This document shows, in pieces, positions 19,851-28,383 of a stretch of DNA of 32,000 bases (position 1 is the first letter of the stretch; each line of letters begins with the position of its first letter). A model generated the notes under the pieces. The model was not told where the DNA came from. It did no database searches and saw nothing but the letters and a program-made list of their open reading frames with translations. The stretch is from Cylindrospermopsis raciborskii Cr2010 (GTDB taxonomy: Bacteria; Cyanobacteriota; Cyanobacteriia; Cyanobacteriales; Nostocaceae), in NCBI RefSeq assembly GCF_003367075.2, contig NZ_CP065936.1:330001-362000 (forward strand). Direction: 5' to 3'. Both the position numbers and the translations under genes were made by a program.

Positions 19851-20297
19851 TTAAAAATAACTTTGATTCAAAAGCTGTTCTAAACTGTAAGGACAATCTT
19901 GAGGGAAACTAACCTCAAATCTAGTTTTCTGTCGCACATATCTGAAAGCACCTTGGTATATCTTTTCTAGTTCAGTATAAAGATAATTGTGCAAGTTAGT
20001 TGTTAATAATCTCTCAAGTTGGTTCCGGAAACCGACAATTTCTGTTTGCCAATGATTTCTATTAATTTCAGACTCCTCGTGCCAATATTGCAATAATAAA
20101 AGATGCCTAATAATCTGCTCCAAAAGACTAGCTACAGCATTTTTATCTCTTTTACTCAATGCTTCTAGCTCCTCAACCAAATGCTGTAAATCCAAGTCAT
20201 AAAACCGTTTTTCTTTGAGCAAAACAATTGTTTTTTCCAACCATAAATTCTCATCTATATCATAAAGCAAGTGTAAATTTTCAGAACTGCTATACAT
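19851..20297 (-). CDS. DUF29 family protein
   Basis: LYDIDENLWLEKTIVLLKEKRFYDLDLQHLVEELEALSKRDKNAVASLLEQIIRHLLLLQYW is the characteristic DUF29 N-terminal pattern (YE-D---W-------L----F--LD---L-EE-E-----). Confidence 0.8.
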   Translation of the reverse strand: MYSSSENLHLLYDIDENLWLEKTIVLLKEKRFYDLDLQHLVEELEALSKRDKNAVASLLEQIIRHLLLLQYWHEESEINRNHWQTEIVGFRNQLERLLTTNLHNYLYTELEKIYQGAFRYVRQKTRFEVSFPQDCPYSLEQLLNQSYF

Positions 20298-20303
20298 GAT
20301 TAT

Positions 20304-20750
20304 TTACACCTCACATTCCCGTTTAGTAATAAAATGACGGTAGCGAAACATTGCTTCCAATTGCACTTGAACCACCCACCCACCTATTAATTCTAGTCTT
20401 TCAGCACCGGGGAGAGAATATTTAATATTATCAGTTAATCTTGTTTGACCATTTTCTTCCATAAACTCATGACGATGTACCCATGAATCAAAAGGTCCTG
20501 ACACCTGTTCGTCAGTAAACAGTCGATATTTCTCACATTCAGTATGACGCGCTAACCAGGTCAGGGGTAGTACCCCCACAAACAATCTAAATTCTGTGAT
20601 AGCACCTTTATTGAGTCCCCCCTCCCGACGCAACACTTGCACAGGTTGCCAAGGAGGAGTAAGGAGCTTCAAAACATCCTGTCTCTCATGGAATTCCCAA
20701 ACTACTTGGACTGGTGCATTAATAATTGAAGAATGAGAAAAGTGTAACAT
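20304..20750 (-). CDS. SRPBCC (START/cyclase-dehydrase-like) ligand-binding protein
   Basis: 148 aa. N-terminus SIINAPVQVVWEFHERQDVLKLLTPPW is typical of SRPBCC-superfamily members. Family-level call only. Confidence 0.7.
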   Translation of the reverse strand: MLHFSHSSIINAPVQVVWEFHERQDVLKLLTPPWQPVQVLRREGGLNKGAITEFRLFVGVLPLTWLARHTECEKYRLFTDEQVSGPFDSWVHRHEFMEENGQTRLTDNIKYSLPGAERLELIGGWVVQVQLEAMFRYRHFITKRECEV

Positions 20751-20775
20751 GAATAAAACCTAAATTGAATTTTTT

Positions 20776-22416
20776 CTACCTGTTGACTTTAAGTGGGGAA
20801 AGAGAACGAAAATGACTAGTTGCTATTTCTAAATGTTTAATTAGGGTAGATGGTGGTAATGGTCCTTGTAGGTGATTCCAAGGGAGGATTTGCTGGGGTG
20901 ACCAGTGACTATGAACGTAAAAGTCTAAATCGGGAATTTTACCTTTTAATTCCTTAAATGCTCGTTTATAACTTCCTAAAGAGTCACCAAAATTACGGGT
21001 TAGTTCTAACAAATAAGAAAGACGACGGTCTCCCCTAGACAACAAAGACTGAATCACAGACCAATTATAACTTTCGGGACGAAAATCTATACCTTGGGGT
21101 TTTAGTTGTTTTTGTAAGAACTGTAACCTCTTTTCCGCACTCTTGTTAACTCCAAACCATTGGAACGGAGTATGGGACTTAGGAACAAAGGTGCTACATC
21201 CTAGAGTTAATCGTAATCCGGGGGTAGCCTTTTTTATATCTCTCATCATAGTCACCGTAGCATCTAAATCTTCAGGTTCCTCCCCGGGAATACCCACCAT
21301 GCCATATAATTTTAACCCTGATAAACCCCCAGCTTTAGCATTAATAGCAGCTTGAATAATTTCTTTATTATCTAATTTTTTATTAATAATCTGGCGGAGT
21401 TTTTCTGAACCACTCTCTACAGCAATGGTCAAAGAATGGCAATCTCTTGTGGCTAAAGTATGAGCTAATTTTTGGGTAACCGTATTGGTTCTTACAGAAG
21501 CAACACTCAATCGCACATCATCATATTTAGGTTGACTAATATAATCCAAAAGGTCAGAAAATTCTGGATGTTGAGTTACAGATGCACCCAGTAAACCTAG
21601 ACGATTAGTAATTTTTAAACCCTGTTCAATAGCAGGAATTAAAGAACCTTCCAAACTGGCGGTTCTAAAGGGCAAAGTTAAATAACTGGCTAAACAAAAC
21701 CGACACATTTCCGGACAACTGCGCACCACCTCCACCATGAAAATATTTTCCCATGCTGCTTTTTGTGTCACCACTGTGGAAACCGAAAGATTATTTCCTC
21801 TATAGGTCTGCTTGTGAACAAGGGGAGGAATATCAACCTCCAGAGGGTAAATAGCCTTGATTTCCCCATCTTCACCCCAATATTCAACATCATATAAACT
21901 GGGAATATAGATTCCCGGTACTTGAGCTAAGGTTCTAAGTTGAACACTTTTAGGAGCTTGTCTAACTTGCTTATAACAATCAATAAAACTCTCTAATAAA
22001 GTCTCTCCATCACCCAATAGCACCACATCAAAAAAATCAGCAAAGGGTTCGGGATTAGCAGTTAAAACCGGACCACCACCAAAAACCAGCGGATATTCCA
22101 AACCCCGATTACTTGCACGTACAGGAATTTGTAAAGACTCTAAAATCTGCAAGATGTTCACATAATCCAATTCCCAGGACATGGAAAAACCAATAATTTC
22201 CGCTTGTCTAGGGAGAGGTTCTTGCACATCGGTAAATAAGCGACTTACTTGTAGATCATTGCGCATTGCTAAAGTTGCCCATACCACCTGATAACCAAGA
22301 CTAGTGATACCCACAGTGTATTCATTGGGGAAGGCAAAAATCACAGGGATAGGATTAGTGCTGGGTTGAGCTGGGGTAAATAACAGACGTTCGGACTCAA
22401 ATACGGATGGTGTCAC
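20776..22416 (-). CDS. radical SAM protein with N-terminal B12-binding-like domain (TIGR03960-like)
   Basis: CxxxCxxC cluster motif CPEMCRFCLASY. N-terminal Rossmann-like region (VIFAFPNEYTVGITSLGYQVVW ... VVLLGDGE). 546 aa. Confidence 0.85.
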   Translation of the reverse strand: MTPSVFESERLLFTPAQPSTNPIPVIFAFPNEYTVGITSLGYQVVWATLAMRNDLQVSRLFTDVQEPLPRQAEIIGFSMSWELDYVNILQILESLQIPVRASNRGLEYPLVFGGGPVLTANPEPFADFFDVVLLGDGETLLESFIDCYKQVRQAPKSVQLRTLAQVPGIYIPSLYDVEYWGEDGEIKAIYPLEVDIPPLVHKQTYRGNNLSVSTVVTQKAAWENIFMVEVVRSCPEMCRFCLASYLTLPFRTASLEGSLIPAIEQGLKITNRLGLLGASVTQHPEFSDLLDYISQPKYDDVRLSVASVRTNTVTQKLAHTLATRDCHSLTIAVESGSEKLRQIINKKLDNKEIIQAAINAKAGGLSGLKLYGMVGIPGEEPEDLDATVTMMRDIKKATPGLRLTLGCSTFVPKSHTPFQWFGVNKSAEKRLQFLQKQLKPQGIDFRPESYNWSVIQSLLSRGDRRLSYLLELTRNFGDSLGSYKRAFKELKGKIPDLDFYVHSHWSPQQILPWNHLQGPLPPSTLIKHLEIATSHFRSLSPLKVNR

Positions 22417-22455
22417 AGATGTGCAATAGTTTGTTCTACTGGTCTTACCATTATA

Positions 22456-23367
22456 TCACAATATTTTACCAGTAAAATCTAAAATGTGCTGTGCCGTAAT
22501 TTCTGGCTTTTCTACATGAGGAATGTGACCACAGTCGGGAATCCAAATTAATTGACTTTGGGGAATTGCTTGTCTAAATTTATCCCCATCCTTCGTCCCT
22601 AGTATTCTATCACTGTCTCCCCATAAAATTAGGGTTGGTTGCCCAATTTTCCCTAACTCCTCTAATTTAAAGGCTTGATAACCACCACTTTGGGTAAAGG
22701 TAATTAATGATTCCTTCCAATTTGCCATTTCTATGTGCAGGTCACGACAACATAAGGTGTCATCATTAATTAAATTGGGATTTTTGTAAGCAGAACGGCA
22801 AATGCGATCGCGCACTTGGGAATTACGCAAAAACTCTGCTGCTAATGAGTATAGTTGGGGGAACATTAATTTACTTAAAGCCGAACCCCCTTTTAAACCA
22901 GCACTATCAATTAAGATTAGCTTTTGTACCAATTCAGGATAGGTAAGAGCAAAATCAATAGCTGCTGCGCCCCCCATAGAAGCTCCTAGCAGAATCACAG
23001 GTTGACCAATAAGGGTTTTCCAAAAATGATACAGATGGGTTTTAATCGCAGCAGGACTATACCCAATATCCCGTTGTCTTTCGGTAAAACCAAACCCCAG
23101 CAAATCTACCGCCCAAGTTGGATGGGTAGGAGCTAACAAGGGCAAAAGTCGGCGGAACTCCAAAACCGAACTATCAAAACCATGAATTAATAATATGGGG
23201 GTGTTCCCACTACCCTGGACGACATAGCTAGTCCTAATTGGTTGGGGACTTAAAGGAGTAATCATCTCCTCAATTTGGATACTTTGAGCTAAAGCTACAG
23301 AAGTTGGTTCCGAGAGTTGTTCAATAGCTGACGGCAAAAAAATCATTCTGTCCCAAGAGGTAGTCAT
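22456..23367 (-). CDS. alpha/beta hydrolase
   Basis: Oxyanion-region ILLIHGFDSS, nucleophile elbow GASMGG, C-terminal His in CGHIPHVE. Confidence 0.85.
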   Translation of the reverse strand: MTTSWDRMIFLPSAIEQLSEPTSVALAQSIQIEEMITPLSPQPIRTSYVVQGSGNTPILLIHGFDSSVLEFRRLLPLLAPTHPTWAVDLLGFGFTERQRDIGYSPAAIKTHLYHFWKTLIGQPVILLGASMGGAAAIDFALTYPELVQKLILIDSAGLKGGSALSKLMFPQLYSLAAEFLRNSQVRDRICRSAYKNPNLINDDTLCCRDLHIEMANWKESLITFTQSGGYQAFKLEELGKIGQPTLILWGDSDRILGTKDGDKFRQAIPQSQLIWIPDCGHIPHVEKPEITAQHILDFTGKIL

Positions 23368-23479
23368 TAGTTATCAGATTGTAACTTTGGCATTATGAAT
23401 TTGGGCGCTGACTTTCTTATAAAGAAACTATAGGTATGTAACACCTTTTAATCATTAAGTCTGGTTTATCATTAACACT

Positions 23480-23483
23480 GGAG
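23480..23483 (+). promoter_or_regulatory. Shine-Dalgarno (GGAG) for the small peptide gene
   Basis: GGAG lies 6 nt upstream of the ATG at 23490. Confidence 0.5.
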
Positions 23484-23489
23484 TATGTC

Positions 23490-23690
23490 ATGTTAAAACC
23501 AAATACCCTATCCCATATCCTACCAGAGTTGTCTGTGGAAGAACAACAACTAATTTCTGGGGGTGGACATTGGAAAAAATTCCCCTACCATGGTCATTAC
23601 CGTCCGTGGCATCGTCATGACCACAGAGTATATTATTACAATTCTTCCTGTAATAATAACTGTGGATATGATGACAGATGCTGCGACTAG
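23490..23690 (+). CDS. double-glycine-leader peptide precursor (bacteriocin/RiPP-like), 66 aa
   Basis: The leader LPELSVEEQQLISGG fits the LSxxELxxIxGG double-glycine pattern (L-12, S-11, E-8, I-4, G-2, G-1). Core GHWKKFPYHGHYRPWHRHDHRVYYYNSSCNNNCGYDDRCCD. An SD is present upstream. The opposite-strand ORF is a mirror ORF. Confidence 0.65.
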   Translation: MLKPNTLSHILPELSVEEQQLISGGGHWKKFPYHGHYRPWHRHDHRVYYYNSSCNNNCGYDDRCCD

Positions 23691-23696
23691 TCAAAT

Positions 23697-24578
23697 TCAG
23701 TAACTATGGATCCACTCTTGTAAAAGAGAATTTACCAATTCAGGAGCTTCATCCTGGGGACAATGTCCCACTCCTTCCAGAGGAATAAATTTTTGCACCT
23801 GGGGAAAATTGGCTAACTCCCTACCTAGATCGATTGGTTCCCAGGGGTCAGCCGTTCCCCATAAAATGATTGCCTGACAAGGTAATATCGGTAACAAGTC
23901 CTCCGGTAAGGGTCCGCTGGAATAGTTGGTGAAGGCTAAGAATACATCAGCAGCACCAGGGTCTCTTGCTGGTTTCATCAAAATATCTACCAATTCATCC
24001 GTAACTGCTTCTTTAACATTATAAGCTTGCAAAAGAATTCTTTTGATGGTTTTGGGTTGAGCTAGTTGACTAAAAAAGAAGTTGCCAATGGATTTAATAG
24101 ATAGGAATTTTTGTAACAGGGGGGTTCCTACCCGCCTAATCCAGGGTAAATTTTGCCGTTTGCGGTCATGTAATAATCTCAGGGAGCAATTTAGTAAAGC
24201 AATTGATAAAGCTATATCCGGACTGCTAATAGCTGCCTGCATTGCTACAATACAACCAATAGAGTTACCAACTAAAAATGCGGGCTTGCCTACTACTTGT
24301 TGACAAAAGTCAACTATTTGCTTTCCCCAAGTTTCTAGGGTGTAAGTGATTTTTTCATTGGGTTGGGGTTTAGCAGAAGCTCCAAAACCAATTAAATCAA
24401 TGGCGTACACCTGACAAGTTTCCGCAAGGACAGGTATGTTTTTGCGCCAGTGTCCCCAAGAAGCACCAAATCCATGTACTAAAATTACCGCTGGTCCTTT
24501 AGTCCCTTGCATTTGATAGGATATAGGTAGTCCTTGCCAAAACCAAGTTTTTGTAGATGTGAATGTGGTAGAATTCAT
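23697..24578 (-). CDS. alpha/beta hydrolase
   Basis: ILVHGFGAS, nucleophile elbow GNSIGC, C-terminal GVGHCPQDE. 293 aa. Confidence 0.85.
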   Translation of the reverse strand: MNSTTFTSTKTWFWQGLPISYQMQGTKGPAVILVHGFGASWGHWRKNIPVLAETCQVYAIDLIGFGASAKPQPNEKITYTLETWGKQIVDFCQQVVGKPAFLVGNSIGCIVAMQAAISSPDIALSIALLNCSLRLLHDRKRQNLPWIRRVGTPLLQKFLSIKSIGNFFFSQLAQPKTIKRILLQAYNVKEAVTDELVDILMKPARDPGAADVFLAFTNYSSGPLPEDLLPILPCQAIILWGTADPWEPIDLGRELANFPQVQKFIPLEGVGHCPQDEAPELVNSLLQEWIHSY

Positions 24579-24768
24579 AAGTTGTCAGCTCAAAAACTGC
24601 CAAGGCAAAAAAATGGGTTTAAATAATGTTACAAATTACAAATCATAAACTATAAATGTAAAAATAACAATAAGTTACAAAAATCAATTTAGGACTAGAC
24701 ACAGATTGCCACTCTACTGCTATCTTAAATTGGAGGCAATTGCAACTTATTTCATAAAGCGTAACTTC

Positions 24769-25497
24769 ATGGGAACGAATTACCAACGGGTTTTACTGAA
24801 ACTGAGCGGTGAGGCCTTAATGGGCAACTTGGGCTATGGCATTGATCCAGAAGTAGTCAAGGGAATAGCTCAAGAATTAGCAGAGGTCGTGGCCACTGGT
24901 GTTCAAGTCGCTATCGTGGTTGGTGGTGGCAACATTTTTAGGGGCGTTAAAGCAGCATCAGCAGGTATGGACAGGGCAACTGCTGATTATATAGGAATGA
25001 TTGCCACAGTAATGAATGCCATGACTCTACAGGACTCCCTAGAGAGGATAGGAGTACAAACAAGAGTACAAACTGCGATCGCCATGCAAGAGGTGGCTGA
25101 ACCATATATTCGTCGTCGTGCCATCCGTCATTTAGAAAAAGGACGAGTGGTAATTTTTGGTGCGGGTTCAGGAAATCCTTTCTTTACCACGGACACCACT
25201 GCTGCTTTAAGAGCAGCGGAAATCGAAGCAAATGTGATTTTTAAGGCTACTAAGGTAGACGGTATCTACAACGCAGACCCTAAAGTTCATTCCGACGCCA
25301 AACGCTATAAAACCCTCACCTATGGTCACGTTTTGGCGGAGGATTTGCGAGTGATGGATAGTACCGCAATTGCCCTATGTAAAGAAAATAATATTCCAAT
25401 TCTCGTCTTTGACTTAACGGTACGGGGAAATATCCGTCGCGCAGTCATGGGAGAATCTATTGGTACTCTTGTGGGAGGTTCTTGTGAAATTAGCTGA
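24769..25497 (+). CDS. pyrH: UMP kinase
   Basis: [62 protein letters not shown] at 24769 fits the usual N-terminus; the track start at 24706 is an upstream extension. Confidence 0.95.
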   Translation: MGTNYQRVLLKLSGEALMGNLGYGIDPEVVKGIAQELAEVVATGVQVAIVVGGGNIFRGVKAASAGMDRATADYIGMIATVMNAMTLQDSLERIGVQTRVQTAIAMQEVAEPYIRRRAIRHLEKGRVVIFGAGSGNPFFTTDTTAALRAAEIEANVIFKATKVDGIYNADPKVHSDAKRYKTLTYGHVLAEDLRVMDSTAIALCKENNIPILVFDLTVRGNIRRAVMGESIGTLVGGSCEIS

Positions 25498-26032
25498 AGC
25501 TGAAAGTACAATGAATAAGACCGTTGAAGCTACGCAAAGAGCTTTCAACAGCATTCGCACCGGTCGTGCCAATGCTAGTTTGCTAGATAAAGTACAAGTC
25601 GACTATTATGGATCCCCTACTTCCCTGAAATCCCTGGCCAACATTACTACACCGGATGCAACAACTATTCTCATCCAACCCTATGACAGAACCAGTCTGA
25701 ATATAGTGGAAAAGGCTATCTCCTTGTCTGATGTAGGTCTAACTCCTAGTAATGATGGTTCTGTGATTCGCCTAAACATACCACCTTTAACATCTGACCG
25801 GCGTAAAGAATTAGTTAAACTAGCTGCCAAGTATGCTGAAGAAGGTCGGGTAGGAATTCGCAATATTCGACGTGATGCTCTAGACTCAATCCGCAAGCAG
25901 GAAAAAGCGGGGGAGGTTTCAGAAGACGAATCCCGGGATCAGCAGGACAAATTGCAAAAGATCACCAGCAAATATACTGCGAAAATTGATGAATTGCTTG
26001 CAGAAAAGGAGAAAGATATTACTACAGTGTAG
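25484..26032 (+). CDS. frr: ribosome recycling factor
   Basis: (V/M)[29 protein letters not shown] ... [11 protein letters not shown] start at 25484 overlaps the pyrH 3' end by 14 nt. Confidence 0.93.
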   Translation: MKLAEAESTMNKTVEATQRAFNSIRTGRANASLLDKVQVDYYGSPTSLKSLANITTPDATTILIQPYDRTSLNIVEKAISLSDVGLTPSNDGSVIRLNIPPLTSDRRKELVKLAAKYAEEGRVGIRNIRRDALDSIRKQEKAGEVSEDESRDQQDKLQKITSKYTAKIDELLAEKEKDITTV

Positions 26033-26034
26033 AT

Positions 26035-26076
26035 GGGGTGGGGGGTCATGAGATCTCTAAAAACCCCATAACCCCC
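26035..26076. terminator. GC-rich stem-loop between convergent frr and cyAbrB
   Basis: GGGG-T-GGGGGG ... CCCC-ATAA-CCCCC form nested G/C arms around a loop containing TCATGA and AGATCT palindromes. No flanking U-tract. Confidence 0.35.
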
Positions 26077-26090
26077 ACTCCTATTGGAAT

Positions 26091-26552
26091 TTATTCCTCT
26101 TCATCGCTGTCTAAATCGTCATCATCATCAGTTTCTAAACTGTCATCATCACCATCAGTCTCGGAAGATAGTAGTTTTTTATCACTTTCACTTAGTTGAA
26201 TCAGGTGAATATGTTTATAACCCAGACGAATTTCAAATTCATCTCCGGGTTTTAAACCCATGGCCTTGGTGTAAGTAGCACCAATGACAATTTGACGGTT
26301 TTGATGGACACTTACACGATAGGTTGGTTCTCTTCCTCTTCCATCTTTCGTTGATTCTGGACTGAGGGGAATACCTCTAGCAGATAACAAAGCATCATAA
26401 AAATCCGTGAGGTTAACACGCACCTGATTATTTTTAGTTACGGTGTAATACCCACATTGCTTTGCTCTTTCTCGGCGGGGTAAATTGGAAAGTTCTTTTA
26501 CCCTAGACAGCAATGCTTTTCCTGTTAATGGGGCACTTGCGGTTTCAGTCAT
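26091..26552 (-). CDS. cyanobacterial AbrB-family transcriptional regulator (cyAbrB) with poly-acidic C-terminal tail
   Basis: cyAbrB-type N-terminal region (GKALLSRVKELSNLPRRERAKQCGYY) and AbrB/SpoVT-like domain (IVIGATYTKAMGLKPGDEFEIRLGYKHIHLIQL). Tail ETDGDDDSLETDDDDDLDSDEEE. ATG at 26552; the track start at 26561 is TTG. Confidence 0.88.
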   Translation of the reverse strand: MTETASAPLTGKALLSRVKELSNLPRRERAKQCGYYTVTKNNQVRVNLTDFYDALLSARGIPLSPESTKDGRGREPTYRVSVHQNRQIVIGATYTKAMGLKPGDEFEIRLGYKHIHLIQLSESDKKLLSSETDGDDDSLETDDDDDLDSDEEE

Positions 26553-26588
26553 TATGCTCAAAATTCCCTTAATCTATGCAAACAGATC

Positions 26589-26612
26589 ATGTAAAGTAGT
26601 CTAGTTTTACAT
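26589..26612. promoter_or_regulatory. perfect 7-bp inverted repeat in the cyAbrB leader
   Basis: ATGTAAA-N10-TTTACAT, located 37-60 nt upstream of the cyAbrB ATG. The function (operator or RNA hairpin) is not established. Confidence 0.3.
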
Positions 26613-27369
26613 TTAGCTTGCAGCCAATGTTCATAGCTACTTAAAACTTGCAGTTTAACTGTGAATTACCTGCTTATATTATCAGCCCTGTCACCTTCAT
26701 TTGGGTTATTCGCTCTGTGAGAGGTTTATCCAGGGACATTTATGAGGTGATTCTACAACACTTTCAACCATTATTCACCATCAGCAAAAACTGACCTTAA
26801 TTTTTGGGCGCTCCCAAAGTGATGTAATGCCAGTGGTGTAATTTTAAGGCACCTTTGCAAATTGGGCTAGTTCCACTCCTAAAAAGTGGTAGATACGATA
26901 AGTCGCAGGGTTTTCACTTTTAGTTCTTGCTGTTGAGTTGTAGGTTGGTACCCACTCCCCATCTTGAGCTAGAACCCAGTATTCTCTAAAGCACATACAC
27001 CCGTTGATCTGACCTGGAAAATTTAGAAAATTCTCCCAGTCTGTTTATCAACAAAGCACTATCAACCGCACTTGTACGACTGTTAGTCCTGCTCTTGGTG
27101 CAGTTTCATATCAAATACTATCATGAATCAATAGTAGCAAAATATTTCTTTAATTGAAAAAACAATTTACAATTTATTATCTATCCATTAGACATCTCCC
27201 CCAGAGGGGTCATTTATCAAGTCATCGCAAAAGTCGCGGGCATTTTTTCTGAGGTTTATGCTCCTGGATCTATATTTATATAATAAGGATGAGTCTATTG
27301 ATTATTATCTGGCAATCTGGGTTAGATGGAGCAGCCAGGTTTTTTAAAAATAAAACAGGAGCCTTATAT

Positions 27370-28383
27370 ATGGAAGTTATTTTGCAGATTATTCGTCAGC
27401 AACCCAATTCTACTCCCGTGGTTCAATCCTATAATCTACAGGTGGATCCCGGAAATACAATCTTGGATTGTCTTAATCGTATTAAGTGGGAACAAGATGG
27501 AACTTTGGCATTCCGCAAAAACTGTCGTAATACTATTTGTGGTAGCTGTGCTATGGTGATTAATGGACGTTCCGCTTTAGCTTGCAAAGAAAATGTTGGC
27601 AGCGAACTGGCTAGGTTAACAAATATTTCTGCTTCTGTTTACCCGGTGGATCATCATACCATTAATTCAATTACCGTCGCCCCCCTGGGAAATATGCCTG
27701 TAATTAAGGATTTGGTGGTGGATATGACCAGTTTTTGGGATAATCTGGAGGCGGTTACACCATATATTAGTACAGCAGCACGACAAATCCCAGAAAGGGA
27801 ATTTCTTCAAACCCCCCAGGAGCGATCGCTTTTAGACCAGACGGGAAATTGTATTATGTGTGGTGCATGTTATTCCGAGTGTAATGCTCGTCAGGTCAAC
27901 CCAGATTTTGTTGGTCCCCATGCTTTAGCTAAAGCCTATCGTATGGTAGCAGATTCCCGTGATGACAATCAAGAAAATCGCTTGGAAGAATATAATCATA
28001 CAACTCAAGGTGTGTGGGGTTGCACTCGCTGTTTCTATTGTGATTCTGTATGTCCCATGGGAGTAGAACCTTTAGCACAAATCAACAAAATCAAACAAAA
28101 GATTTTAGAACGTAAACAAGCTAATGAAAGTCGTTCTATTCGCCACCGTAAGGTACTGGTAGATTTAGTTAAACAGGGAGGATGGATAGATGAGCGTCAG
28201 TTTGGAGTACAAGTGGTTGGCAATTATTTTCGCGATCTCAAAGGACTACTTTCTCTAGCTCCCCTGGGTTTAAGAATGTTAGTCCGAGGCAAGTTTCCTC
28301 TTTCCTTTGAGCCATCAGCAGGTACCCAGGAAGTAAGATCTCTTATAGAGTCCATCCAAAAGGAGGAATCAAAATCACATTAG
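27370..28383 (+). CDS. sdhB: succinate dehydrogenase/fumarate reductase iron-sulfur subunit
   Basis: 2Fe-2S cysteines CRNTICGSCAM...C, 4Fe-4S CIMCGACYSEC, 3Fe-4S CTRCFYCDSVCP. AGGAG lies 8 nt before the ATG at 27370; the track start at 27289 is an upstream extension. Confidence 0.9.
   Translation: MEVILQIIRQQPNSTPVVQSYNLQVDPGNTILDCLNRIKWEQDGTLAFRKNCRNTICGSCAMVINGRSALACKENVGSELARLTNISASVYPVDHHTINSITVAPLGNMPVIKDLVVDMTSFWDNLEAVTPYISTAARQIPEREFLQTPQERSLLDQTGNCIMCGACYSECNARQVNPDFVGPHALAKAYRMVADSRDDNQENRLEEYNHTTQGVWGCTRCFYCDSVCPMGVEPLAQINKIKQKILERKQANESRSIRHRKVLVDLVKQGGWIDERQFGVQVVGNYFRDLKGLLSLAPLGLRMLVRGKFPLSFEPSAGTQEVRSLIESIQKEESKSH

Noticed and set aside
23488-23694. 68-aa minus-strand ORF opposite the peptide gene
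   Set aside because: It is a mirror ORF of 23490..23690. It has no SD and no recognisable leader or domain, while the plus-strand product has a canonical GG leader.
20776-24578. RiPP biosynthetic cluster linking the radical SAM enzyme and the hydrolases to the GG-leader peptide
   Set aside because: The radical SAM protein is of the B12-domain, TIGR03960-like housekeeping type with no SPASM or RiPP-recognition features visible. All candidate enzymes are on the opposite strand in their own tight operon, and no C39 transporter is present. The link is unsupported, so the peptide is treated as an orphan.
26084-26278. His-rich 64-aa plus-strand ORF (..NRHHHQFLNCHHHHQS..)
   Set aside because: It is the antisense shadow of the GAT/GAC-rich acidic tail of the cyAbrB gene. 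It lies entirely within that well-supported CDS.
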